Below, piece after piece: positions 1 through 11,800 of a DNA stretch of 64,000 bases (its first letter is position 1; every line of letters begins with the position of its first letter). A program made the position numbers and the translations under genes. The notes beneath the pieces are model-generated. The model was not told where the DNA came from. It did no database searches and saw only the letters and a list, made by a program, of their open reading frames with translations. The stretch is from Bacteriovoracaceae bacterium (lineage in GTDB: Bacteria > Bdellovibrionota > Bacteriovoracia > Bacteriovoracales > Bacteriovoracaceae). The stretch lies in NCBI GenBank assembly GCA_048270185.1, contig JBLWTJ010000001.1, forward strand, positions 480,001 to 544,000, read 5' to 3'.

Positions 1-1157
1 TGGTCACCATAGACTTCAACAGTTATTCTAATGAACTCTAAATTGTCACCAAGTGCTTCATGAGAATTCTTTATCAAGTTTATCAAAGTGTTCTTCATGA
101 TTGTCGAGTTTACACGGCGCTCAAATGAAGGCGCCTTATAGATAATGTTAAAATCAGGAAATATTTCAATTACTTCCTTAATAACTTTAGATATCGGGGA
201 CTTTGGCTGCTCATCTCTCTTATAATTGTTGAGAATTTGAATTGCACTATTAGTCGCGCTATATAGGGAATCCATATCTTCTGAAAGCTCATAAATTTCT
301 CCACGCTTTTTTCTTCGGTCAATTTTTTGTAAGCGTGTCCATGTATACTGAAGTGGATTAGCAATATCATGAATAAGCATTTGCTCTTTTGTTTTGTGCC
401 TTTCAAAAGCTTTGTTTATATTTTCAACCTCTAATTTTTGAAATCTAGTGTATTCAATAATATCAATTAAAAAATAAAAGGGCGCCCACATCGTCGAATC
501 ATTTGAGACAAAGAGTATCGAGTAAAGAATAAAAGAAATACTTACTGCAAGTCCAACTTTTAAGGCCAAATCATCAGACTTTAACGCCTTGATAAAGAAA
601 CGAATATAGATAATCGTAACTGAAATCAAATAAACCTGTAAGAATCGTGTAAGTAATGGACTCATACGAAATGGATTTTGAATTCGTATAAGATTATTTG
701 AAATATTATTAACGACATTATTATCAAGACAACACTGTCCTCCACCATCGATAAAAAAGAGTAGTATATGGATGAGTGTAACAGCGGCAGCACAACTAAT
801 AATAATATTATAAGCAAGTCTAATTAGACGTTTTTCATTGAAGATAATACTAAGATTTTTCCAGTAATAAAAACGGGCAAAGGAAATAGCGAGGAAGATA
901 AGCAAGTTAACCAAGACTTTCTTATCAGAATACATTGGTAAGAAAAAGTTCACGAATACTAATAAGCAAACAATAGTTTGGCAAAAGGCCATAATATCAG
1001 TTCTTAGGCCATTTGAGTGTATGGTATTTTGTATTCTATTTAGATGTAATCCAGAAATTCCTAACGAAAGATAGTAACAACCAGTGGCCATAGCAACAAA
1101 GGCATAGGTAAAAGACTGCCAGAAGTTAAAATCAAAGAAATTAAGATATTCATACAT
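1..1157 (-). CDS. Membrane-bound sensor histidine kinase, 3' end runs off window (not in ORF track); paralog of 1218..2606
   Basis: Manual translation from ATG 1157: MYEYLNFFDFNFWQSF..., multiple TM segments, H-box LIHDIANPLQ, N-box TLINLIKNSHEAL; frame open to position 1. Confidence 0.88.
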   Translation of the reverse strand, partial: MYEYLNFFDFNFWQSFTYAFVAMATGCYYLSLGISGLHLNRIQNTIHSNGLRTDIMAFCQTIVCLLVFVNFFLPMYSDKKVLVNLLIFLAISFARFYYWKNLSIIFNEKRLIRLAYNIIISCAAAVTLIHILLFFIDGGGQCCLDNNVVNNISNNLIRIQNPFRMSPLLTRFLQVYLISVTIIYIRFFIKALKSDDLALKVGLAVSISFILYSILFVSNDSTMWAPFYFLIDIIEYTRFQKLEVENINKAFERHKTKEQMLIHDIANPLQYTWTRLQKIDRRKKRGEIYELSEDMDSLYSATNSAIQILNNYKRDEQPKSPISKVIKEVIEIFPDFNIIYKAPSFERRVNSTIMKNTLINLIKNSHEALGDNLEFIRITVEVYGD

Positions 1158-1217
1158 GTGCCTATAATACTAAAATCAGAGAGACATCTCAATAATATTA
1201 ATTAATACACACAATTA

Positions 1218-2606
1218 TTATAATATTATCTTAAAGCATGTATTTGAATCCTCTTCTTCTAGCATGAAGCTTCCACTAACACTCTCAATTTCCTTTTTAA
1301 TCGACAAAAGACCTAGACCCCTACCGCTACGTCGAAAATTTACAAAGCCCTTTAAAAGCCTATTAGGATGCTTGATATTAGAATATTTTCCGTTATCAAT
1401 GATTTTCAACTCAAGTCCATTTTCGATATTATGGGCCTTGATTTTTATCCATTCTAATTCATGCTCTAATGCTTCATGAGAGTTTTTAATTAGATTTATC
1501 AGTATATTTTTAATTTTAACTCGCGGAACAGAGACTTCCTTTGCCGGAGGTTGGTAAATAATATTGGAATCATTAAAAATAGATTTTACCTCTTCAACTA
1601 CTTGCGAGATCGTCGCCTCTTCAGACAACTGCCCGTTGTAATGTTTCAATATATCTATTGCACTTCGAGTGCCGTTATAGATGGCCTTGACATCTTTAGA
1701 ATCATAAACTGCTGGTCTTTTACGAAGTTTCTCAAGTCTAACACTATTAATCTGTAACGGATTTGCAATATCATGAATCATCATTCGATAAGAAAGGTCT
1801 TGATTATGAATCTCTCGGGCATACTCACTTAACTCGATTTGTTGTAATCTCGTGTACTCCAATAAGTCCACAATGAAATATAGAGGAATCCAGTACTTGA
1901 AGCCGAAAGCATGAAAGCTCGTCGTATAGAAAATATTAGCAACGCTAAGAAACAATCCAACGATCATGAATTTATCACGAGTTTTGAATGAAATTGTAAA
2001 TAAACGCAAATAAACAAGAGACACACTTATTGTGAAAAAGCTTATAAAGCGTGAAAATGTCTCATTCATTTTAAAAGGAATTTGAACCTGTAATATGTAA
2101 TTTACTGGGTTTGTCTTTTGTACAGGATAGCCTAAACAACATGTATAAACATCAGAAGAGTACAACCAAATAAGATGGATAACACATGCTCCAATTGCAC
2201 CAAAAACGATTGCGTTATAAACCCATCTTAAAAAGTAGCGCTCTTTGAAAACCTCTGAGACATTTCGTAAGTAATAGTATCGAGCAGTGTATGTGAAAAT
2301 AAACATAATTAATGTGAGAGTGACTTTAACCTCAGAATAGAGCGGCACGAAGAAATTTGAAACGATAATTAGACAAACAACCGCCTGAGCAAAACACATG
2401 AGCGAAGTCTTTAAATATGAACGGCGTGCCACATGAACAATACGTTCAAACTTTAAACTTGTAAGGCCCATTGAGATAAGATAACAAGCGGCACCTAGAC
2501 ACAATAAAATGTAAACAACTGATAGCCAAAGATCTGCGGACAATTCTGATAAATACTCATACATTTTAAGAATATCTTCTGAACTGAAACGATAGTCAAC
2601 TACCAT
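1218..2606 (-). CDS. Membrane-bound sensor histidine kinase (likely start MYEYL at 2564)
   Basis: About 7 hydrophobic segments; H-box IHDIANPLQ, N-box NLIKNSHEA, G1 DNG, G2 GRGLGL. Confidence 0.9.
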   Translation of the reverse strand: MVVDYRFSSEDILKMYEYLSELSADLWLSVVYILLCLGAACYLISMGLTSLKFERIVHVARRSYLKTSLMCFAQAVVCLIIVSNFFVPLYSEVKVTLTLIMFIFTYTARYYYLRNVSEVFKERYFLRWVYNAIVFGAIGACVIHLIWLYSSDVYTCCLGYPVQKTNPVNYILQVQIPFKMNETFSRFISFFTISVSLVYLRLFTISFKTRDKFMIVGLFLSVANIFYTTSFHAFGFKYWIPLYFIVDLLEYTRLQQIELSEYAREIHNQDLSYRMMIHDIANPLQINSVRLEKLRKRPAVYDSKDVKAIYNGTRSAIDILKHYNGQLSEEATISQVVEEVKSIFNDSNIIYQPPAKEVSVPRVKIKNILINLIKNSHEALEHELEWIKIKAHNIENGLELKIIDNGKYSNIKHPNRLLKGFVNFRRSGRGLGLLSIKKEIESVSGSFMLEEEDSNTCFKIIL

Positions 2607-2802
2607 TATTGACCAATATTTTTTGTGAAACTCTCAACAAATGATTATAAAAACTATTGAATTTCGCTGACATAAATATCCGAAATTACGTAAAAAAAAA
2701 TTGAATGCACAACAATAATTGCCACTTTTCTATCAAATTCCTTTAAGTTTGCCCGCTAAGTAGCTGAATACTGGATATCGACAGAAATAGGCCAATAATG
2801 GT

Positions 2803-2829
2803 TAAGAATTATTAATAAAATGACGAAAC
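2803..2829 (+). promoter_or_regulatory. Possible sigma-28 (FliA) promoter for the giant adhesin
   Basis: TAAGAATT-N11-GACGAAAC versus consensus TAAAGTTT-N11-GCCGATAA. Confidence 0.35.
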
Positions 2830-2877
2830 AATTAAGGTGGAGTTTTTAGATAACTTCATGAAAATAGAGGGGAAACT

Positions 2878-5800
2878 TTGAAACTTAGTAATGTTAAGAT
2901 GCTTGCGTTAGCAACCATCATATTAACAATAACTATTTGGAAGCTATCGAGTGATAGTGAAGATAGAGCTAAGTCCCCTTACAATGAACTTGCTAAGAAA
3001 ATTAATTTAAAGCACGAGTTAGTAAAACCTAAAGCGAAACAAAGGGTTCTCTCATCAAGAGGTCCATCTTCAATTGATAATTTTGATGATGATCTTCAGC
3101 AAGAAGCACTTCCTTCAAAAACCAAGAAAAAAAGCATTTTCAAAAAATTTAAGGCGCCTCTTTTAAAAGCAGTAAATGAAGCAAGAAACGAAATTCCTTA
3201 TGGAGACTTTTTTGTTGGTGAAGAAGTTGCTGAAAGTAAACCGAATAAACCAAAAGATGATGTTACACCTGTACCACCAAGTTCAAGGCCTTACCTACCA
3301 CCTGAAACAGATAATCCAAATACAAAATCGTCAGGTGGATCAGGAAATAATACCATTGTAACTCCTGCTATTTCAGGAACGATTCCACCCCTCAAAGGAA
3401 TTGTAACAAATGTAGGTTACTCTCCATTTAGTGCATATGCTGCTACTTGTGTTGATCCGAAAGTTGAACTATTCGATATGGTTACAATGACACCACTTGA
3501 AGATAATCCAATCGAATTAGAAGGTGTTGAAACGACAACTTATTTTGAGTTTGACCCAAGTGTTCTAGGTTTAGACCTAAGTAAGCCAGCACGATACAAA
3601 GTTAAAGTTACAGGTTGTGATGTTGACCTTGAAAAAGTTGTCACTAGCTTTTACATTCCTCAAGACATTACATCGATCTCAAGTTTACTTGCTCAACTTA
3701 CAAACACTGATATCGCTTATGATCCAGATTTATCATTTTCAACTGGTTTAGGCGAAGTAGAGAAGGCCATTACTGATGCACTTGGTGATCCAACAATTTC
3801 AGATTATGCCACAATCTATTCAGAGCTTTCTTCAAATACGCAAGCGCTTGAAACATTCACAGAAATTACAAATGGTGAGAATACAATTATCTTAAAAGAC
3901 TCTGCCCCAAAGGTTAAGTCTTTAACTATTCCTGCTTCAATGGAAGAGGACTTAAGTCATTCATTCTCTACTTTAGCAACTCACTGGGATACTGATTACG
4001 AAATTGCCTATCAATGGATCCTAGATGGAGCCACAGTATCTAACTCAAATACATGGGATTATATTCCACCTGATAACACTGCAGCGACGGCCAATATTAT
4101 TTTAAGAATTGGTAAGAAGAATATTGCTGATAACGATGTTAATATTGCAACGGCACCTTATCATGAATTTACATATACATTAGATGTATTACAAATTAAT
4201 GATGCTCCAACTCTTGCAGCAACTCAATCAATTGATGTAACAGAAGATACAATTCACACATTTCAATTAACTGAAGGTTTTGATATTGATTCACCTTCAA
4301 TTGATTATATTATTACGACCCCTCCTTCAAATGGAACTCTATCTTGTGTGGGAACAACTAATGACTGTACATATACACCAAACCCAGATTATCAGGGTGC
4401 TGATACTTTTGAATACAAAGTAAATGATGGAGAACTAGATTCAACGACAGCAGTAGTAAGTATCAATGTAATCAATGTTAATGATAGACCTGTAAGTGGT
4501 GCTGACCAGTCCTTATCAATCGCAGAAGATACAAATCTATCAATCACACTTAGTGCTGCAACTGATATCGATAATGTACAATCAGATATCTCTTATATGC
4601 TAGTTAATACTCCAGTAAATGGAACTTTATCAAACTGTATTGTGAGTGGATCATATTCACAGGATCTTACTTGTGACTACTTACCTAATGCTAATTACTA
4701 TGGAACTGATTCTTTCTCTTATAAAGCCTATGATGGGGCCCTTGATTCAGCAACAAATGCAGTCGTAAATATTACAATTACACCAGTAAACGATGCACCG
4801 ACTCTTGCTTCGACTCAAACACTATCAACAGATGAAGATACAACACTTAACTTTGACTTAACGGCCGGTGCCGATATTGAAGGCACGACATTAAATTATA
4901 CGATTTTAACAAACCCTGCATCTGGTACACTTAATTGTACTGAGGGGACTTCAAGATCTTGTACATACTCACCTGCTTTGAACTACTTTGGTGATGTGAC
5001 GTTTACTTATAAAGTTGATGATGGTGAGCTTGATTCATTAAATGTTAATACTGTAACAATTACAGTAAATCCAATTAACGATGCTCCAGTAATGGGTGCC
5101 GACCAAACACTTGCAACAAATGAAGATATCCCACTTAACTTCACACTAAGTAGTGCCACAGATGTTGATATCCCTGCGCAAACAATCTCTTATAAGCTAC
5201 TCACTGCTCCTGTAAATGGTGTTTTGAGCAATTGTATTCAGACAGGTTCATACGTAACAGATATCGACTGTACATATACACCTAACGCCAATTATTATGG
5301 ATCAGACTCATTTACTTATATTGCAAATGACAGTGTGACTGATGCTGTAACGATTGCAACAGTTACATTAAATATCGCGGCCGTTAACGATGCACCAACA
5401 CTAGCAGCAACACAATCTGTAACAACTAACGAAGATACGCCTGTTGCCTTCACTCTAAATAGTGGTAGTGATATTGAAGGAACAACACTTAATTACACAA
5501 TTGTTTCAGCTCCAGCAGATGGAACTCTTACATGTGACGAAGGAACATCAAGAAATTGTTCTTATTCGCCTGATCTTAACTTCTATGGAACGACGACTTT
5601 CACTTACAAGGTTGATGACGGAGAGCTTGATTCAACTCTGGCGACAGTAACGATCAACGTAACATCTGAAAATGATGCTCCAGTTATGGTTGGCGATCAA
5701 TCAGAAACTGTTGCGGAGGACAATACAATTAGCATTACATTAAGTGGTGCAACTGATGTTGATATTCCGGTTCAAACACTTAGCTATAAATTAATTACAG

Positions 5801-8800
5801 CACCAGCAAATGGTACTCTTTCAAATTGTATCTCAGCTGGAACTTATACAACTGATATTATCTGTGATTACACACCAAATCTTAACTTTAATGGAAGTGA
5901 CTCATTTACTTATCGTGCAAATGACGGCCTAACGGACTCATCTACTGACTCAACAGTATCTATCACTGTTACTCCAGTTAACGATGCCCCTACATTAGTA
6001 GCGGGTCAAACTGTAACGACTGCCGAAGATACACCAATTACATTTAACTTAAATATTGGTTCTGACGTTGAAGGTTCTTCTCTTGATTATATCGTTGTCA
6101 CAACAACATCAAATGGATCTCTTTCATGTGTTGGCGCAACCTCGAGATCATGTACTTACTCTCCTTCTCTAAACTTTAATGGTAGTGACTCATTCACATA
6201 TAAAGTTAATGATGGAGCACTCGATTCGACAACAGAAACAGTTTCAATTACAGTTAATCCAGTCAATGACGCTCCTGTTATGGTTGGAAATCAATCGGTA
6301 GCAACTAACGAAGACACACTACTTAGCATTACCCTTTCAGGTGCAACTGATGTAGACCTTCCAGCACAAACACTTAGCTATAAATTAATTACAGCACCAT
6401 CTAATGGTGTCTTATCAAATTGTATTTCAGCAGGTTCATATACTACAGATATTATCTGTGACTACCTTCCTTCTGCAAATTTTAACGGAAGTGATTCATT
6501 TACTTACCGAGCTAATGATACTCTCCTTGACTCAGTAACAGACTCGACGGTAACAATAACAATCAACGCCGTTAACGACGCACCAACACTTATTGCAGGA
6601 CAAACAGTATCAACAAACGAAGATACTCCAGTAAGCTTTAGTTTAAATGCGGGTTCTGATATTGAAAATGATACTCTAACGTATGCAGTTGTCGCGGCTC
6701 CATCAAACGGGTCATTAAGTTGTACAGGAGGAACATCAAGAGCGTGTACATATACTCCTAGTCTCAACTATAATGGTAGTGATTCCTTCACTTATAAAGT
6801 TAATGATGGATCACTAGATTCAAATATTGTAACTGTAAATATAACTGTCAATGCAATCAACGATGCACCAGTAATGGTTAGTGATCAATCATTTACTACT
6901 AATGAAGATACAGCGTTTAGTATTACACTTTCAGGGGCAACTGATGTTGACCTTCCGGCCCAAACCATTTCTTATAAAATTACGACTTCACCTACTAATG
7001 GGACAATTACAAATTGTATAAACTCATCAACTTATACAACAGATATTATCTGTACATATACTCCAAATGCTAATTTCAATGGCAGTGACTCATTTACATA
7101 TATTGCAAATGACGGACTAATCGATGCAACTTCAAGCTCTATTGTTAGTCTTACTATTAATCCAGTTAATGACCAACCGACAGTTCCACCAACTCAGAGT
7201 ATTGCAACGAATGAAGATACACCAATTACATTTAACTTAAATGCAGGTAGTGATATTGACGGAGACACACTAACATATATCAAAGTGACTAATCCTGCCT
7301 CAGGAAGTGTGACATGTGCAGGCGGTACTTCGCGTTCTTGTACTTATACTCCAGCACTAAATTATAATGGAGTTGTTTCATTCACTTATAAAGTAAATGA
7401 TGGAACAATCGACTCAGCTAATGCGACAGTTTCTATTACAGTAAATTCAGTTAACGACGCTCCAGTAATGGCATCAAATCAATCGTATTCAACTAATGAT
7501 AATACTGCCCTATCAATTACTCTAAATAACGCAACAGATGTAGACGGTGATGCATTAACGTATAAGATTGTATCTGGCCCAACTAATGGGACACTGACAA
7601 ATTGTATTACAACAGGATCTTATGGAACTGACCTTACTTGTACATATACGAGTAATATAAATTTCCATGGAACTGATACTTTTACATTTATTGCTAATGA
7701 TGGACTAGTAGACGCAGCAACAGTAGAAACAGTAACGATTACAGTTACAGATAAAACTCCTTCTGCACCTCCTACAATTGCACTAAGTTCACCTCTTTAT
7801 ACTAACTCAACAGCTAATACACTTACAGTTAGTAGTTGTAGCGATATTTCATCTGTTCTAATTAATGAGGGAACACAACCAGCAGCAGGTTCAGCATCAT
7901 GGCAGACATGTTCAACAACAGCTTCGGCCATCACTTATACTCTAGCATCGACGACTCAGGGACTACATACACTTAAAGCATGGTCAAAAGACCCACACGG
8001 TAACGTTTCGACGACTGCTAATAACGTGAGTGTTTACTATGATACAATTAACCCTTCGATGGCACTGACTACTCCATCAATTCAAAAAGGTGGAAATTCT
8101 ACTCCACTACAGTGGACGGCCACAGATGCAAGTACATCTTCATCACAGACATTCCAGGTTGATTTCTTTAACGGTTCAACATGGAGTTCAGTAGGGACAA
8201 CAGCTTCGGCAAATGGCCCAATAAGTTCACAAGCTTTTTCAAGAGCATGGACTGTTCCATCAATTAATACAACATCAGCACGCTTTAGAGTAAGCTACAC
8301 TGATCTTGCTGGAAACTCAGCGACAGTTCAATCTGCTACATTTACTATCGACTCAATAGCACCGGCCCTAAGCTATACATCTCCGGCCAATAATTCATAT
8401 CACCTATCGAGTACAACAATCACAGGTAATTGTGAATCAGGCCTTAATATTAATATCTCAGGAGACCTACAGGCAAACTTCTCAATTGCATGCTCTGGTG
8501 GAACATTCTCACAACTTGTTAACTTTTCAGATAATGACGGAGCAAAGAATATTACAATCAATCAAGTTGATGCCGCAGGTAACTCTACATCAGTTACACG
8601 TACATTTATTCGTGACGAAATTGCACCAGTTCTTACAAAGACAGCAGGAGTATCTCCAGACTTCACAAACGCTAACGTTCCAAATGCATGGTCAGGAACA
8701 TGTGAAGGTACATATACGATATATGTCACAGGAGATCAGACGACATCATTTAATTGTTCTAATGGAACATGGAATTGGACTCCATCACCAAAAACTGTTG

Positions 8801-11800
8801 ATGGAACGTATACTTATAACCTAGTTCAAACAGATGGTGCAGGTAATACTTCATCACCAGCACTTTCTCTATCTTGGGAAAGAGATGCGACTCCTCCTGA
8901 CTTTAATGCCACAAGCCCTGTTGCAATCTCAGTTGGACAAAATATCTCTCGTACTGTTTTAATGGATTCAATTACAGTTTCTGGTACATGTGAAGGTAAT
9001 AATGTTATTGCCATCACAGGCGCTCAGTCTGATACGATCACATGTTCATCAAACTCTTGGACTTGGACATCACAATCATATACAACTGATGCTACAAGAG
9101 CATTTACATTCACTCAAAGTGACTCAGCAGGAAATACATCTGCCCTAACTTATACATGGACAAGAGACTCAAACTTCCCTGCTCTAGGTATTAACGTAGC
9201 AACAGTTAAGAACAATGGTTCAACAGCAACGTTCTCTGGTACATGTGAAAATGGTCTAACAATTAATATTACAGGCTCACAAGCAACTACGACGACGTGC
9301 TCTTCAGGGGTATGGTCTTGGACAACAGCATCGACAGCGACTGATGTAAACAATACTTATAACTTTGCTCAAACAAATGCATCTTCAAATACATCAACTG
9401 TAACTGGTTATTGGTATCGTGAAACTGGCCTTCCAGTAGTGAATTCGATAGTAGCAGGAGTTGCTGATCCATCTCCAACAAACTTTGTACCATATGCCCT
9501 AACAGCAAGCTCACAAAACGCTAATGTTTTTATCACTCATGTTTGTATGAAGTCTGATGATACAACAACGCCACCAATTGATGATGCTTGTTGGATTGCA
9601 GTTAATTCATCTTCAATCGGAATCGTTCCAGCACAGAACGTAACAATTCCAGAATATTCATATCTTGTCGGTTGGGAGCCTGCACTTTACTCTGTATATG
9701 CTTGGGTAAAGGATGAAGCTGGAAATATTTCAACAAATACAGCGACACAAGATACAGACTTAGATTCAATAATCTATACAAAAGATGACCCACCACTAAT
9801 CTGGGACGTTGCTGCTGCAAATAATGACACATCGGCTATTCCTCCTACGAGAACAGAAACTTCTGTACCAACAGGATCCGACTTATATATCAGATGGAAA
9901 GTTGATGATGCTATTGGACTTAGCGCTACGTCGATCAATTTATTCTACACACAAGACGAGCAAGTCTTTACGGCCATTGCAGGAGCTCAAGGGATCGCCC
10001 CACATACAAATCATGGTTGTGAAGCAATTTCACTAGCGGCCAATGAAGGTTGTTTTAAATGGACAGGTGGTTCACCTCTAGCAACTGCTTATAAAATTCG
10101 AGTTAAGGTAACAAATACTTCAGGAATTAGTACTCAGCTTACATCGACACCACTAAATGCAGATAAGATTAAAATTATCGCTGGTAACACTGAAGCTGGT
10201 CTTGGCGGTGATGCACGTACAGCACTATTCTTTAACAAGGTAGTTGGAGACTCAGCTGATATTCAATCATTAGTATTTACAGACGATGGAAATATTTATT
10301 TTGCTGATTATAAGAGAGGGATTATTACTGTTGACCCTGCTGATGGAAAGCAAAAATTATTTATTCAAAAAACTGGGACGTCGACAGGAGATGGTGGTCC
10401 AGCAGAAAGTGCTACTCTACGCTTCCCTCTAAAGGTAACTCTAGATTATCAAGGAAGACTTCTTATTTGGGATTATAACCGAATCAGACGAGTTGATCTA
10501 AACCTTGAAAACCCAACAATTGAAACAATTATTGGTGGCGGTACAAATACAGCAGATACAGTTGCAAACCCACTTGATTTGCAAATGTATAATGTTTCAA
10601 CTTCAGACTATCGTACCAATGGTGCAATCTTTACAACTCTACCAAACGGCGATCTATGGTTCACATCAGACCGTCCAGAAAGTACAGAAACAACAGACCT
10701 AAGACTTAGAATCTATAAGGCCGCTACAGGACAAGTTATATCAAAATATCTGACGGGAACAGGTGACGCCTGGATTCCAACTCAAGATATATCAAAGTGT
10801 CGTTTAGGTTTTGTCGGAGTTAAATTCGACCCAACGACATCTGCAATTCAAGGAATTAAAGGGACAACATATCACCACCCTAATTTCCCAGACTGTGGAA
10901 TGTACACTTCAACATCAGATTATAACTATTCAAATGCATACTTCGACCCAACAACAGGACAGGCCATCACGCCACCAGACAATAGCTACCGTTGGTACCA
11001 TTACTATAATTTTGCCGGTATGGATGGACAAATGTATGTAACAGTAGCAAGATCATATATGAATCGAAATAACTTTGATGGAACATACACTAGAATTCTA
11101 GGTTCTGGTACTCGTGGAGAATGTGCTGATGGAACACTGGCCACAGCTTGTAATATGGACATCTATGGTGTCTTTGTCGACAAGAACGGTAAAGTGTACT
11201 TTAATGACAGAGGACGTATTAGAACACTTGATGCAGACGGAAAAGTAGTAACTATTTTCGGACAAGGTTACTCATATGGAGACGGAGTTAATGCTGTTAA
11301 TGCACGTTTCGGTAACGTTTCAAGAGTTGCAAGACTCGATAATGGAAAGATTTTTGTAAATGAGACTGCTTCATATTACTTAAAAGAGTTCACGATTGAA
11401 GGGAATATCGACATTATTGCAGGTAACGGAACAATCGCAACACAGAATACGACAGATCAAGCAAATACTCAGCCAATGAGAAGTTCATACTGGGCCATAG
11501 CTGACAAAGCTACTGGAAATATCTATTCAACTCGAGACGATCACTACGGACGTATGGCCATGTTAAATCGATCAACTGGTATTTGGGAAGATATATTCAC
11601 AAATAGTAGTGGGACAAATTATGCCTCGGCCGATGGTATGGTTGCAGGTGATATTGATATTGGTGGCAACCAAAACCGTGCTCTTCCAGTAGGTTTTGCT
11701 AACGGACACCTATTCCAATCTTTCATGAAGTATGATGCCTCTAACAATCGCTACGATGGTTTTATGATGAAATCCTTTAATAGTGCCGATAGTTACCGCC

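Noticed and set aside
170..406. 78-aa ORF in the track
   Set aside because: Out-of-frame overlap with the real kinase gene 1157 to <1 on the same strand
2692..2700. A9 tract in the divergent promoter as a phase-variation switch
   Set aside because: Not unusual in AT-rich intergenic DNA; no supporting evidence
4198..7750. Possible CRISPR or DGR-type repeats
   Set aside because: In-frame protein domain repeats; no spacers, cas genes or reverse transcriptase
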